A DNA stretch of 40,857 bases, from assembly GCA_000697335.1 (NCBI GenBank), contig JNEM01012957.1, forward strand, positions 1 through 40,857, written 5' to 3'. The position numbers and the translations under genes were made by a program. This document shows positions 22,851 to 34,784 of this stretch, in pieces. The first letter of the stretch is position 1; the number at the start of each line of letters is the position of its first letter. A model generated the notes under the pieces. It was not told the DNA's origin, searched no databases, and saw only the letters and a list, made by a program, of their open reading frames with translations. The DNA comes from Conidiobolus incongruus B7586 (Eukaryota).

Positions 22851-24175
22851 TCAGTGTAGAAATTAAGTAATGGCATAATTTTGAAATTAAAAATAAACAA
22901 ATAAATTAATAAATAATATATAAAAATTAATAAATAATATAGAATTAATAACCTCTTTTATTATTAATAACTTTTTTCTATATCTTTAGTAAGCTTCTAA
23001 TACCTAAAAAATAGTTTTTTTTATTAAAGACTGAAATTTAATGTTTTACAAACTAATTTAATTTGTTTATAGGAATTTTTTTTCCTGCAAGTTATTTTTT
23101 TAATAGTCTAAAACAATTATAATTATATAGGTTATAATCAAGTAAATATATTAGATGTGGTAACTCCCTTTAATTTTTTTTATATAAAATTTTTTTTATA
23201 ACTTTAGCTTTATATATTTTATAATTATTATGTAAAATAATAAGTGTCTTTAATTTATATTGAGAACACTATTTAAAAATTGTTTTATTTAAAAAAATAA
23301 TATATAGCTTATTATTAATTGATTTTCCTTAAGGTATTAAATAAAAAAACTATATACTATTATAATCTATTACAACAATTAATATTGGCTTATATTTAAA
23401 ATACTTATTTATTAAAATTCATAGAGGGGATTAATTTAGCTTAACCTAACACCTTGTTTTATTTTTAAGTAAAGGATTATATAAAAGAATTTAAAATTCA
23501 TTAATTGTAAGTATTTGCTGTAAAAACTTTTGTTTTTAATTATACCTTAATAAGTTTAGTTTAACTATAGCTACTCTAGTTTTCTTTTAAGCTTTTGTTA
23601 AATTATAAGGTATCTATTTTATATTTTTATTAATTAATCTAAGTTTAAACTTAAGTAAATATAACATACTTGTATAATTAATATTAAATTACTTTAATAG
23701 TTCTTTAACAGAAATAAAAAGGTATTTCTTAATATAATTTTTTACTCTATTAGTAAATAAAAAAAGTAACAGTAGAAATTAGTTTTTTAGATTTTAGTAA
23801 ATATTAAATAATATCCCTTTTAGCTTTAAAATCACAAATCTAGTGATATATAGTAGTTTTAAATAAAACACCATCTTTATAAGCTGTTTATAAGTTTTAG
23901 ATGATTTTAAAAGGTTTATGGTTAAATTTTAAAGATACAAAAATAAAAGCCTTTTGATAATTACAATCTAGTTTAAATATAATTAAATTTAAGTGTAAAT
24001 TTTAAAATCAAAATATTTTAATAAAAAAAATAATTAAAATTGAATATATATATATATATAGTTTGAAAATATTTAATTTCCTATTTATTTTATATATATA
24101 TAATCTTTCAAAATGTATAATATGTTTGAAAGATCAGAAATTAAAAAAATTACCATTTTTTAATTCCCATACTAA
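22851..24175 (-). mobile_element. Full-length decayed mariner element (1325 bp) with TIRs and TA target-site duplication
   Basis: Left end TA|tcagtgtagaaattaagtaatggca..., right end ...taccattttttaattcccatactaa|TA (28 of 40 positions match as an inverted repeat, counting the TA). It encloses the transposase relic. Confidence 0.88.
22945..23980 (-). pseudogene. Mariner DD34D transposase relic
   Basis: Reads AYKDGVLFKTTIYH*ICDFK (HTH), *IPYNLT (=WVPHEL-like), ILTINEF* (=TxDExW), LHNN (=LHDN), PHLIYLLDYNLYNY (=PHPxYSPDxxPxDY) and GIRSLLKI*KKVINNKRGY*. There are 34 codons between the second and third D positions. Confidence 0.92.
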
Positions 24176-25879
24176 TATTATGTGATACAAAAATATATCT
24201 GATAAATAGATTCTTTTCATATACAGCAGTTAATTATAATTAAATTAGTTGTATATTTTGATTTTCTTTGTTTACAGAACTAGACTTTATAAATTCATAT
24301 TCAAATATTAATCAATCACCTAATAGTTTAATTTCATTCTTAGATTCAACCTCAATATGTTGATTTAATCGCTTTCATTGTTATTTTCCTTTAAATCAAA
24401 ATAGCTATGACTATTATTTAATTGATTCTCTCATATATTAAAATATTAAAATATTAAAACTTTTTGAAAATTACTAAAATAAACAACGAATTTAAAGGTA
24501 ATTTTAACTATAAAATAATCATTAAACTTGACTCATTTTCAACAGTATACTCAAGCTTACAAATCATCTGTATCTCAATATTTTAAACTATTAATTTTTC
24601 AAATATAATATAATCGAGTAATTGAACCTATTAAATAAAAATAGTACTATAAATAATAGATAATTGTTAGGTTGTACAAAGTATGATGTTTATACCATAA
24701 CTTTTGAAATAATACACTCCCTAGTATTAAAAAAAGATCTTTGTTAATTCAAAATGAGTTGAATATTTAATTCTATATAGTTATCAAACTGGATTATAGA
24801 TTTATAATTACACTAAAAACTTGCTTATTCTTATATTATATAGTGCTAGAAAAGAATTTTAAATATTTATTATAATATTTGATATAAACATATAAATGTA
24901 ATTTTTCACATTTTCTCAACAACCATGGTATAAAAACTCAAATTGCATCCTTACTCAATAGAAAATCTATTTTGTTATATTTAGGTCAAAAATTTAAGTA
25001 TTAGATCCGCTAGCAGAGTCAAATAAGAAATATATATGATATTTATAGACAATAAATTTGATCAATTTTTTAGAAAATCAATTGATTAAAAAATACATTT
25101 CAATTTCACATACCAAATTACCTAAATTTATTGGTGTGTATAATAATAGGAAAACAATCAAACTATAATCATTTTTTAATTGGAATTAAATTATAAAATA
25201 ACTAATGGATTTATTAATATATTCAACATTAAAAATATTATGTTGATATTTCAAAAATTGATGCATTTAAAAAATTAATAATAATTTAGACATATGTTCA
25301 ACATATGTTAAGGTTATAATTTCTAAAATTATTTTAATTATCCAACTATAGATTTTTTTATAAAAACAAGGTAATAATAATTCATTGATTTGTACATACT
25401 AAACCTATATTCAACCCTTATTAAATATTTTTGGTATTTACAAATATTTTTTATCTCACTTTTTTCAAGTTTCAAAATCAATATGCTTGAATTAAATTAT
25501 TCCAAAGTTTTATTTCTAAATATGTCAATATTTTAACTCTTAATCTCGAAATAACGGAAAATCGAATCAAAAATATATATAAATAACTAAGATAGAGTAA
25601 TTAAAGACTCCAAGCTCAATGCTGTATTTCAATATAATTATCAATATTCATTTTGTAATCTGAATTTTCCTCACTAACTTCCAACTGGCTCTGTTTATTA
25701 AAAACAAAAATGTCAAAATTGATGGAATTTTAACTTGTTATCTTATATTTTTGATATTGTATATCTGCTCAATTGATAAAAATTATTATCCTACTAATCA
25801 AAGGTCAGTCATCATACATGATTAGTTGATTAACAACTGAGTTTAATGTCAATTTGAAATTCAATTGTTATATAAATAG

Positions 25880-26259
25880 TGTCACGAGTCAGGTGGCTCC
25901 CTTCTACCCGAGTATCTTTATATCAACCTAATGCTAAAGTCATTTTCTCCTCGCATACCATCTGCTCCCGCTGTAACTTTTGATTGGCCGATGATACAAG
26001 TCACCAGAGAACCTCATGAATCAACCTACCCAACTTACTCTATATAAAACCCGGAATCAGAGCTATTCTCAAGGAGACGAGTTCGAGCTGAATCCTCCCA
26101 GCTATTTGACTTCAACCAATAAACCCCTATCCCCCTAACACTTACCTGGAATTTCCCAGATCTCTCTCTTTTATCTAAACTACTCTGGACGCGGCTTTCC
26201 CAAGACGTGTTAATACAATTATACTCGATTCGATTTTGGTATTGACCTGACTCAAGAAA
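25880..26259 (+). mobile_element. Solo LTR
   Basis: A 380-bp GC-richer island starting tgtcacgagtcaggt and ending acctgactcaagaaa (inverted repeat, 12 of 15). Internal TATATAAAA at 26041 is followed by AATAAA at 26118. No clean target-site duplication and no gag/pol nearby. Confidence 0.7.
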
Positions 26260-26791
26260 TAATATACTTGAATAATAAAATAACCTATTTTAAATCAGTT
26301 CTTAGCAAAATTATACTTTAATAAAGGTTAAAATTTAAGTCGATTTATTCCAAAGATCTATATTAGGAATAAAATGAATTATGGTGTACCAATGTTAATA
26401 TAACTTTAACGCCAAATCATTCCAATTTAATGTGTTTTTAATCTTCTGAGCTCAAATATCAGATTTTGTACACACAAATTACTATTTTTTTGCTTATTTT
26501 TATGCAAAATGAATTATACCGCCGCAGTAATTAAAAACTGTGGGTATTAATTGTATCGTGTCTATCCTATGAACTTGTGAAATTTATTATGTATTTAGTC
26601 AATTTTCTTAATTTAAACCACTAAATGATTCTATTTGAAATGATTTTGAGAAGTTGAAAAAGCACAGTGACCTATCGATTTATCAAATATCCAATGCATT
26701 TATAAATAGAAGTTAACCCCTTTGAAATCATGTTTCGTTATTAAAACCTTTTGGTTCTGTGAACCTTTAATCTTTATTATCCTCTTTCAAC

Positions 26792-27832
26792 ATGATCTTG
26801 AATATTGTCAATATTTCAACCTTGGCTTTAGGTCTCTTTACAACTTTTGCATCTGCCGAAGGAACCTGTGGCAAAGACTCCAAATGTCCCAAGTCTGCCC
26901 CTTGTTGTAGTCCCTATGGAAGCTGTGGTTCTACTTTTGAGTACTGCGGTATTGGATGCGATATTGAAGGCAGCTTTAACCCTACTAGTTGCATAAAGCC
27001 TCCTGTTTGTCAATCTAAAAAATACGATTTTAGCGATCCAAGTAGAGTAAAAGAACTTAAAGAATATGATGGAAACTTTTTGAATACTGATTTCTTAACA
27101 ACTGGTCAAGTCGAAGTTAAGAATGGATCTCTTTGGTTAGAAATGACTGAAAAAGATGGTGCTAAAGTGTCCTTGACAAGATACGCTCAATATGCTAAGA
27201 TCACTGCCAAAATACGCACTAGTCGTACTAAAGGCGTTATTTCAAGTTTTATTACCATGTCCGATGTTAAAGATGAAATTGACTGGGAATTCGTTGGAAA
27301 TAACTTGAATGAAGGTCAAACTAATGTGTTTTACAGAGGCAATATTGATTACACTAAAGGAAAGAAACATCCCATTGAAAAGAATACCTTCAATAATAGT
27401 ATTGAGTATACCATTGATTGGACTGAAAATAATATCAATTGGATGGCTGATGGCAAGGTTGTAAGATCATATACCAAGGAAGATTCTATGAAAGAAGGTC
27501 AATCTCAATTCCCTTCCACCCCATCAAGAATTGAATTTGGTATTTGGAATGGTGGCAGCGGTGCTGAAGGTACTCGAGAATGGGCTGGTGGTGAAGTTGA
27601 CTGGAATGAGGAAGATCCAAAAACCAAAGGATATTTCTATGTGATCGTTGACTGGGTCCAAGTTGAGTGTATTGGCACCTTCAATGGAACAACAGATGAT
27701 GACATTAAGAGCGGAAGAGTTAATACTGATGTTCTTTCTGGCAAAGTACATTATACAGGGAATGCCAATAAGATGACTGTAAGCTTAACTTTGATATCAT
27801 TTTTTGTATTAAGCTTACTTTATTTGATCTAA
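26792..27832 (+). CDS. Crh/Utr2-like chitin transglycosylase (signal peptide, CBM18 chitin-binding domain, GH16, probable GPI signal), 346 aa
   Basis: Hydrophobic N-terminus; hevein-like CGKDSKCPKSAPCCSPYGSCG...CGIGC; GH16 catalytic DEIDWE; FPSTPSRIEFGIW...WAGG; hydrophobic C-terminal tail. Intronless. Confidence 0.93.
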   Translation: MILNIVNISTLALGLFTTFASAEGTCGKDSKCPKSAPCCSPYGSCGSTFEYCGIGCDIEGSFNPTSCIKPPVCQSKKYDFSDPSRVKELKEYDGNFLNTDFLTTGQVEVKNGSLWLEMTEKDGAKVSLTRYAQYAKITAKIRTSRTKGVISSFITMSDVKDEIDWEFVGNNLNEGQTNVFYRGNIDYTKGKKHPIEKNTFNNSIEYTIDWTENNINWMADGKVVRSYTKEDSMKEGQSQFPSTPSRIEFGIWNGGSGAEGTREWAGGEVDWNEEDPKTKGYFYVIVDWVQVECIGTFNGTTDDDIKSGRVNTDVLSGKVHYTGNANKMTVSLTLISFFVLSLLYLI

Positions 27833-27944
27833 TTTAATTAATGCAGTTTTTATTATAATTTAATAAATTAATATAAATAAAATATAAATTTGATTTATTT
27901 TTCATTTAGTTACAAGTAAATTTAACTAATGGATATTATATCTG

Positions 27945-29468
27945 CTATTTTGAAGATAAAATAAATTGCCTTATGTTCCAACAAATATCGAAGATTTCAT
28001 GGTTAATACACATTAGTCCTATTCTTTCAAGACTCCAAATTAAACTATTCCCTAATGGAAGGTCATCTTGAAATCATTAATAGTTAAAATATAATTTATC
28101 TTGATAATTACCACAACTCATCTCAATTTCTTTTGATATAATAATCTTATCCATGACGCCAGGTATTACTAGTAATTTTTCGAGCATTGTCAAATAATAT
28201 CTTATTGTATCCATAGTAAATAAAATCTTGGTGGTCACATTATCTGACTGTTCTGAGATATTTTCGTTGATTAGCATTTGTGAAAAATTTGTATTATCAG
28301 TTTCGATATTTATGTTTTTGAGTAATAAATCCAAATGAATTATAATATCTTCAATTACATGGACGGTTATCACGGTTTCTATCTCACAGCATGAATTCAC
28401 AATTAAAATACAAAGCTGTGAAAAATAAACACTATACTCTACACGGTTGATTTGTTTTTCGGAATTTTGATTCATTAAATCTTCTCTATTTAATAAAATA
28501 TCCAATAGTTCACTTAGACTTGCCTTAATTAAATCTGATATTTCAATCTCAATTTCCAAATTCAAAATCTCATAAATATCTAAATATTATTCATAAATTG
28601 AACAATTAATAAACGATTAATATCAAATACCAACTAATGATTCAATAAACAGATTAAAAGAATAACAATTTAATCCAAATGATTCTTCAGTTAAATTATT
28701 AATATTCTTAATATTTGCTATGGTTTTTGGTAAATAAATAAATATTCCAATCTTCAAATTCTTGATTATTGATATTTTTAAACTTTCATCGATTATATCA
28801 GTGAACGAATAATCGTGATTTTTGCTAATCATATCTGAAAAAAAATTATGAATATTAAAATTCAATATCAGTTGGTATTACCAGTATTCATCAAAGAATT
28901 TGTAATAATTTTCAATAATTGAACACTATTATAACATCCTGATTCTTGCTCAAAATATATATCTATAAAGATTAATAGTAATATATATAATTTGAAACTT
29001 TATTCTCACTTTTCAAATTTGGATTCAATGATAACACTTGTAGTGTTTCTTTCGATTTAGAATTGTTCATTTGATTTAATACTCTGTCTTTAAAAAATAA
29101 ATTAAATGTAAAACATTTTTTATATAGTGGATACCTAATTCAGCAATGTTATCTTTTTGTTTTAGTTCCAAATTTTCTAACTCTAATTGTTTTATTCTAT
29201 CAAGTAATTTTTCCTCCTTTAAGTTGGATTGATTGGATGATTGAAATATTATTTTCAATTTGGATAAATAATCTAAAATAGATAAGATGATATATTTTGG
29301 AATGTATTTAAGATTATATAATTACTCTCAACACTCAAATGATGTGGCTTATATTTGAGTAAAATTAAACTCTAGTCATGATTTAGTAAATATCGTGTCA
29401 TTCATGTATAAATATATATATATATATATCAGGTTGGTTACCAATGCCAATTTCAGTTTAGATTGCAT
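27945..29468 (-). CDS. Eight-exon gene of about 382 aa, MEI4/Rec24-like meiotic double-strand-break factor candidate; exons 29468-29442, 29371-29326, 29272-29135, 29087-29010, 28962-28882, 28834-28631, 28579-28112, 28051-27945
   Basis: All introns are GT-AG (47-70 nt) and phases join into a 1149-nt open frame. The N-terminus MQSKLKLALSLILLKYKPHHLSVENYLSKL followed by a coiled coil resembles the MEI4/Rec24 signature KLALALAIIRSKP...EY..L. An alternative last acceptor at 28066 is also in frame. The gene model is more certain than the family call. Confidence 0.7.
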
Positions 29469-29742
29469 TTTAACTAGTTGAATATAATTGAATAATAGAA
29501 AGTTGCTCTTCAAATGATGGTTATACCCTTTTTATATCAAAGGATTTGCATTTATTAAATGTAAAATAGATTTTAATGGTGAAGATAATATTTGATTGGA
29601 TATTTATTAGGACAAATTTTTATTTCAATAATAACTAGTTAACATACCATATAATTGGAAAAATGAATTATTATTGAGCTTTTTTAGCCTAGGTGATTAA
29701 ATTAAATATATAATTAGTTTACAAAAATTATGAATAAATTAA

Positions 29743-31207
29743 TTAATTTACCTTTTTCTTGTCGTCTAATTTCAATTGGGTAAATCCGTTATAAGCAACA
29801 ACAATTAAACCAATGAATCCAATCACAAATGAGATAGTGACCAATGGTTTTTTGATCATAGATGAGAAAGTGTATTGATAAGTTACAGTAATCTGGGATT
29901 GGGAGAATTTTCCAACTTTGTCAACTTTAATCAACAAAGCGGTTCTGCCTACAGAGTCTAATAATCCATAATGATGAACTGTTTCAATTTCTGCTCCGGG
30001 AATCGAGATATCGTAAGACAATAATTCAGCTCTCTCGGGTAAGATTAATTTCCAGCTAAACTTTTCAATAGGGAATTCGGGCTTAACAAAGTTTTGAAGT
30101 AATGGGAAGGTCAAGGTGTAGTTTTGTGATGTACCAGCCTTGGTAACGTGGTTAAATAAATTGAGATGGTAACCTTGGTACCAAGTGTATTTCCATCCAC
30201 CATAAATAGGATATCTAGGAACGATTACAAAGTTGACAGGTTTGGATTTGGATTTAGATATTCTAAAGTTAGAAGTGGAAACGTTTCCGATTTGATCTCT
30301 AAAGTAAGCTTCATTGGCATCATAAGGTAAGTCCATTTCTAAACGATCTAAATAGGCTGCTGTCTCGGCTGCTGTCATTTTACTGTAAGCATGAGTAACT
30401 CTTGAGAATTCACCAACCAACTTTGGTCCTTTGTTGGTAATTGAGTAGTTTTCTTCTACCCAAATATCTTTGATCCAATGATTTAATTCAATATCTCTGT
30501 GTACTTCAGTAGCATAAATATGAGGATTGGGTTGATCATAGTGAACTTTGACAACAGTATTCTGATTCTCAGCAATATCATTATAAGGTCCATAAGTGAG
30601 AATATTTTTGTTAAGCAATACAGGGTCAGGATTTTTGGTATGAGAATGAACAGTAACTGAAGGTAATTTGAAACTAGTTTTTTGCTTTTTGGACACGAAT
30701 GGTGAATCGAAATAAACATTTCCCTCATATAAAAATTTTTGTGATTCAGTATGTTCAATGATAGCGGGATAAGGCTTGACAGCGTTAAAGTAGTAAAGCT
30801 TAATAGCAATCCCCTGCTTTTCGTCGCTAGTTACAGGACTGGCAAGTTCAACTTCATAGTATTGCTTATCTCTAAAATATTAAATCAATATTAAAAATTT
30901 AACAGGATTACAAATATAGTTACCCTTCAACTCCTGGCAAAGTAGTCTTTAGGACTTTTTTGTCTCTTTTATCAATAACTTCAACTTTAGCCAAAGAGTG
31001 ATTAGTACTTAATGGTGTAGAAAAGTAATAATGGCTAATGGGATCTTTTTGCTCGGAAGCAATCACTACGGAGATAGTTTCTTTGAGGTAAGAATTGGTT
31101 AAGTCTATATTACGGATAACATTATCATTGATCAATTGAGGAAAATTTAATTTGGCTGATAAACAGCTTAAATATACTAGACTCCAAAGTTTAGAAGAAA
31201 GTCCCAT
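29743..31207 (-). CDS. OST1: Oligosaccharyltransferase subunit ribophorin I, 470 aa; exons 31207-30924, 30871-29743
   Basis: Signal peptide, R.IDL, YGPY, GEFSR, YFRDQIGNVSTSNFR, PRYPIYGGWKY, LDSVGR, C-terminal TM helix and KKVN ER-retrieval tail. One phase-2 intron. Confidence 0.95.
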
Positions 31208-32318
31208 TGTAAATAAAACGTCAGTTTTGATAGATAATTATGTATTGATGCGATGAAATGTTATTAATTAAACAACGAGTAATTATATATATTATTGAGT
31301 AATTTATATCACGATTTTTAGATTTAATAAATTTTATAATGAATAGTGTGACGCAACTAAATACTTTATATTTTCTTTTAGTTTGAATTGATATTGATGG
31401 GATTTGAGTTTGGTTGAATTAGCGTTGGACATACCTGATTGGACAAGCGATTAATAATTTAATTCACTCTTAAAAACAATATTCATAAATATTATTACAA
31501 CCAATCATATTGAAATAAGTATCAAATCTTTATTGATAATATTAAATATTTATAAATTGTGACAGCTAAATTAATTTACTATTCAGATTTTTTTTAATCT
31601 AAAGAATTAATTATTAAAAATTTTAAACTATCATTCATGAATGAATATATGGAGAAAAATGATGGAGAAGAAAAATGTGAATAAGAAATGATCTTTCAAT
31701 CAAAATCAGCAAAATTAAGAACAGGATCCGAAATGAACAAAAATGATTTTTATCATTTCAAAAAGGTATATATAGAGAATATCAACTTAAATATAAATTT
31801 TAGTGGTCTAATTTGCTTTTCAAGATACATTGAATATTATTACAAATTTAGACTGAAATAAAAAATTCTCTTCGAGAGGCTAAAAATTATATTATATTGA
31901 AGCTTATCAAACAATATAATGTTTCTTAAATTAGCAATAGCTAGAAAGAAAAAAGCTTAGTATTCAACTATTATATTCATTAATACTCGATACTAGAGAA
32001 GTAATATTTAACTTATAAAAGTTGGTATATTTAACATTTGACTTTAACAATATGTCGATATTTAACATCAATTCAAATTCAGAAACACAGATAATATAAA
32101 ATTGAATAAAACATTTTGCAAGAGTGAATTGTCAATATGATTTATTATTTAAAAACTTTGGGATGGAAAGTATACATGGAAGGAAATCGATGGAATGAAA
32201 ACTTTAAATGAAAGAAGGGTAGATGTTGAGATCGAGATTGAACTGGGTATTAGAAAGATTAATTATAGTTAAAAACGTTAGATAGAAGGTGGAGATTGGA
32301 TTTGAGGTTGGGGGAGCG

Positions 32319-33077
32319 TTAGATTCCAATTGCATAAACGTTATTCATACTTTGCTTGGGATATAATAATTCTTGAATACGTTTAAGTTGCTCGTTTTCC
32401 ATTCTGAGTCTTTCAATTTCGGTTAGCAGTACTACCTGCGTGCCTTTCAAATGGTGAAGGTGAGCAACTGTTTTGTGTAAAATAGCGGCTTTGCTAATTT
32501 GCTTGTTGTTGCAATTGGGTAATTGCTTTCTGAGTTCTTCAAAGCCATCTTTAATTTGAGCGCGTCTCTTTTGCTCAGATTGAATGTGAATTTGTCTGCG
32601 AATTTCAGCTGAGTTAGCTTGTGCTTCAGCAGGATCTTCTCTGTTTTCGTCACCTTCACTATTTTGTGGAGCCCTTGTTCTCTTGCGAGGTGAGCCAGTC
32701 TGCTGTTCATAAGTTTGTTTATTATATTGGTGGAATTCAGTGCAGAATTGCTCAGGCAAGGGTGGGAGATTGGGAATATCTGATAAGTCTACTGAGGGAG
32801 TAACAAACATGGGTGGTGCTGTCTTCAATAAATCATTTTGACCATTCATTGGATCGAAACCCAAATCGACATAGTTCATGAAGTTGTGACTTTGGGACAT
32901 AACTTCAGTTTGAGAAGGGGAGCTGGATCCAAATATGGAGCTCTTTTGATCATCAATTATAGGCATCATTATAGATGGGTTGATGGAGGTGCTCATGTTG
33001 AAGTGGTTGAGGGAATCAGCAGTGAGTCCGGGTGTTTGAGTAGAAGAAAGATCGATGGTAGGTTGGATAGATTGCAT
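32319..33077 (-). CDS. bHLH-leucine zipper transcription factor (Max/Mlx-like), 252 aa
   Basis: RRQIHIQSEQKRRAQIKDGFEELRKQLP...SKAAILHKTVAHLHHL followed by a heptad zipper. NLS-like PRKRTR. Confidence 0.92.
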   Translation of the reverse strand: MQSIQPTIDLSSTQTPGLTADSLNHFNMSTSINPSIMMPIIDDQKSSIFGSSSPSQTEVMSQSHNFMNYVDLGFDPMNGQNDLLKTAPPMFVTPSVDLSDIPNLPPLPEQFCTEFHQYNKQTYEQQTGSPRKRTRAPQNSEGDENREDPAEAQANSAEIRRQIHIQSEQKRRAQIKDGFEELRKQLPNCNNKQISKAAILHKTVAHLHHLKGTQVVLLTEIERLRMENEQLKRIQELLYPKQSMNNVYAIGI

Positions 33078-33183
33078 TGTGACAAAATAGTTTTAAAAAG
33101 AAAAGAAAGAAGAATAATTCTATACAAAAAAGTCTATAAATTTCTAAATTTGATGATACTCTTGCTTTACGCACGCTGCTGTA

Positions 33184-33555
33184 TTTATATAAAATAAAAT
33201 CGGAATGGTATGTGGAGCGAATGAACCCTGGGGTAGAGGGTGATTAACCTAAAATAGATGCTCACAACGTTGGCTTTGGTTCAAGTCATATTCATCATTT
33301 GTGCAATAGCACGCAACACCTAACGAGGGAAATTCTGAGTGGGGACTGGGGATATTATCGTCTCCCCCTCGTGGTCCCCATCCTTACCAAATTAGGCTTT
33401 GCACATACCTTCTTCATATGCCCAATGTTTAAATTTGTTCAGACATGTCATCTTTCCCATTTCACTCGAAATTGGCCGGAATTAGCCAATCAGCTAGCAA
33501 TTAGTCACTCAGATCAATCTCTGATGAATTATCCCTGCAAAACTAACCAATCAGG
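33184..33555 (-). promoter_or_regulatory. Putative promoter of the bHLH gene (TATA plus clustered CCAAT boxes)
   Basis: TATATAAA on the minus strand at about 33184-33191, about 110 nt from the ATG. ATTGG/CCAAT motifs at 33471, 33486 and 33547 in a GC-richer intergenic block. Confidence 0.45.
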
Positions 33556-34430
33556 CATTTAATCAGTTTAAAACTCATCAAATTTTAAAAAATATTTTGA
33601 GCTAAAACAGATTTTGACTATTCGTTCAAAGGAGTCAAATCTATTAGTGATAAATTTAACTTTTATTGTGAGTATTGATTTGGAAAGTAATGGGGTAAGC
33701 AAATAAATCAGGAATTCAGTCAATTTATCAAGTTACTCTTTTATTACATAATATCTTCACCGACCAATTATACTAAATTATCTTGTAAGTTTCAGTTGAT
33801 CAGCCAACCAAATAGAAAATCCAATTGGAAATCAGGTTTTTAGCGAATCAAATATAAATTACTTGTCTTAAATACAAATGAATTATCTGAAGTTGGAAAA
33901 GTTCATAATGAAAAGGAGGTATGATTAGTAAAAAATAGAAAATTACTCCCCCTTACCTAATCTTAAACTAATAATATCATTACCAGATATTCAATTTAAC
34001 TAAAATTTATAATAAAATGTGGAAAAAATGATATCAAATATGGTCATTTTGAAAGGCTTACAACTTATTAATAACCCAAAAATAATGAACTTTAACTGGG
34101 GAGCAAATGTAAAATCTTGTTTTCTAACATCGAATTAGTCAAGTTTTTTACTCCAATCACTCCAATTTTTTACTAACGCTATATTTTAATCCATATAATT
34201 CGAGTTATTGAATATTGTGGATGGTTTCAAATACTATTAACTCAATTTGAATATAATTGAATATATACACTAACTTAAAAAGAACTCAAAAAATTATAAT
34301 ACTTGAGTATTAGTAAAGAATCAATTTTGAACTATATTAAATAGTAAAATATTGATTTTTAATATTATTCTAGTTAGGTTTTTAACTGAATAATTACTGT
34401 TTATTATTATTAGTTATTGGCAAGATATTG

Positions 34431-34784
34431 TTAATAATAGCCTTCGTTTTCATTTTGAATTTCTTCACATGGTCTATTGTAGCCATAGCTGTCATGGTAT
34501 TCTTTAGGCTTGTGGTAATTATGGTAAGGTTGATATGGCTGCGGGTGGTATCTGGGTGGTGATGGAGGTGGTCCCATCGGCATCATTGGCTCATGCTGAT
34601 GAGTCTCAGCTTTATCAGAGATATTAATGATAATAGGTCTAGACATCATATCATTCTCTATTTTCTTTTCATCCTTCGAAGGTTCAGGATCATTTAATAT
34701 TAAACCAAGTAAGTCAGGCTTCGGTTTCGAGAGTATAGGATTCAATAAATTAATCAAAATTATCAAAGAAAAAAATCTAATCAT
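34431..34784 (-). CDS. Small secreted Pro/Tyr/His-rich protein of unknown function, 117 aa
   Basis: ATG-started ORF with a hydrophobic signal peptide (MIRFFSLIILINLLNPILS-KP), PPPSPP and YHPQPYQPYHNYH low-complexity segments, and higher GC than the flanks. Confidence 0.65.
   Translation of the reverse strand: MIRFFSLIILINLLNPILSKPKPDLLGLILNDPEPSKDEKKIENDMMSRPIIINISDKAETHQHEPMMPMGPPPSPPRYHPQPYQPYHNYHKPKEYHDSYGYNRPCEEIQNENEGYY

Noticed and set aside
24045..24060. (TA)n and (ATT)n microsatellites (also about 29412-29429 and 35973-35992)
   Set aside because: Short and expected at this AT content.
33299..33562. 87-aa ORF upstream of the bHLH gene
   Set aside because: Non-ATG start and no recognisable motif. 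The region looks like a GC-richer promoter with CCAAT boxes.
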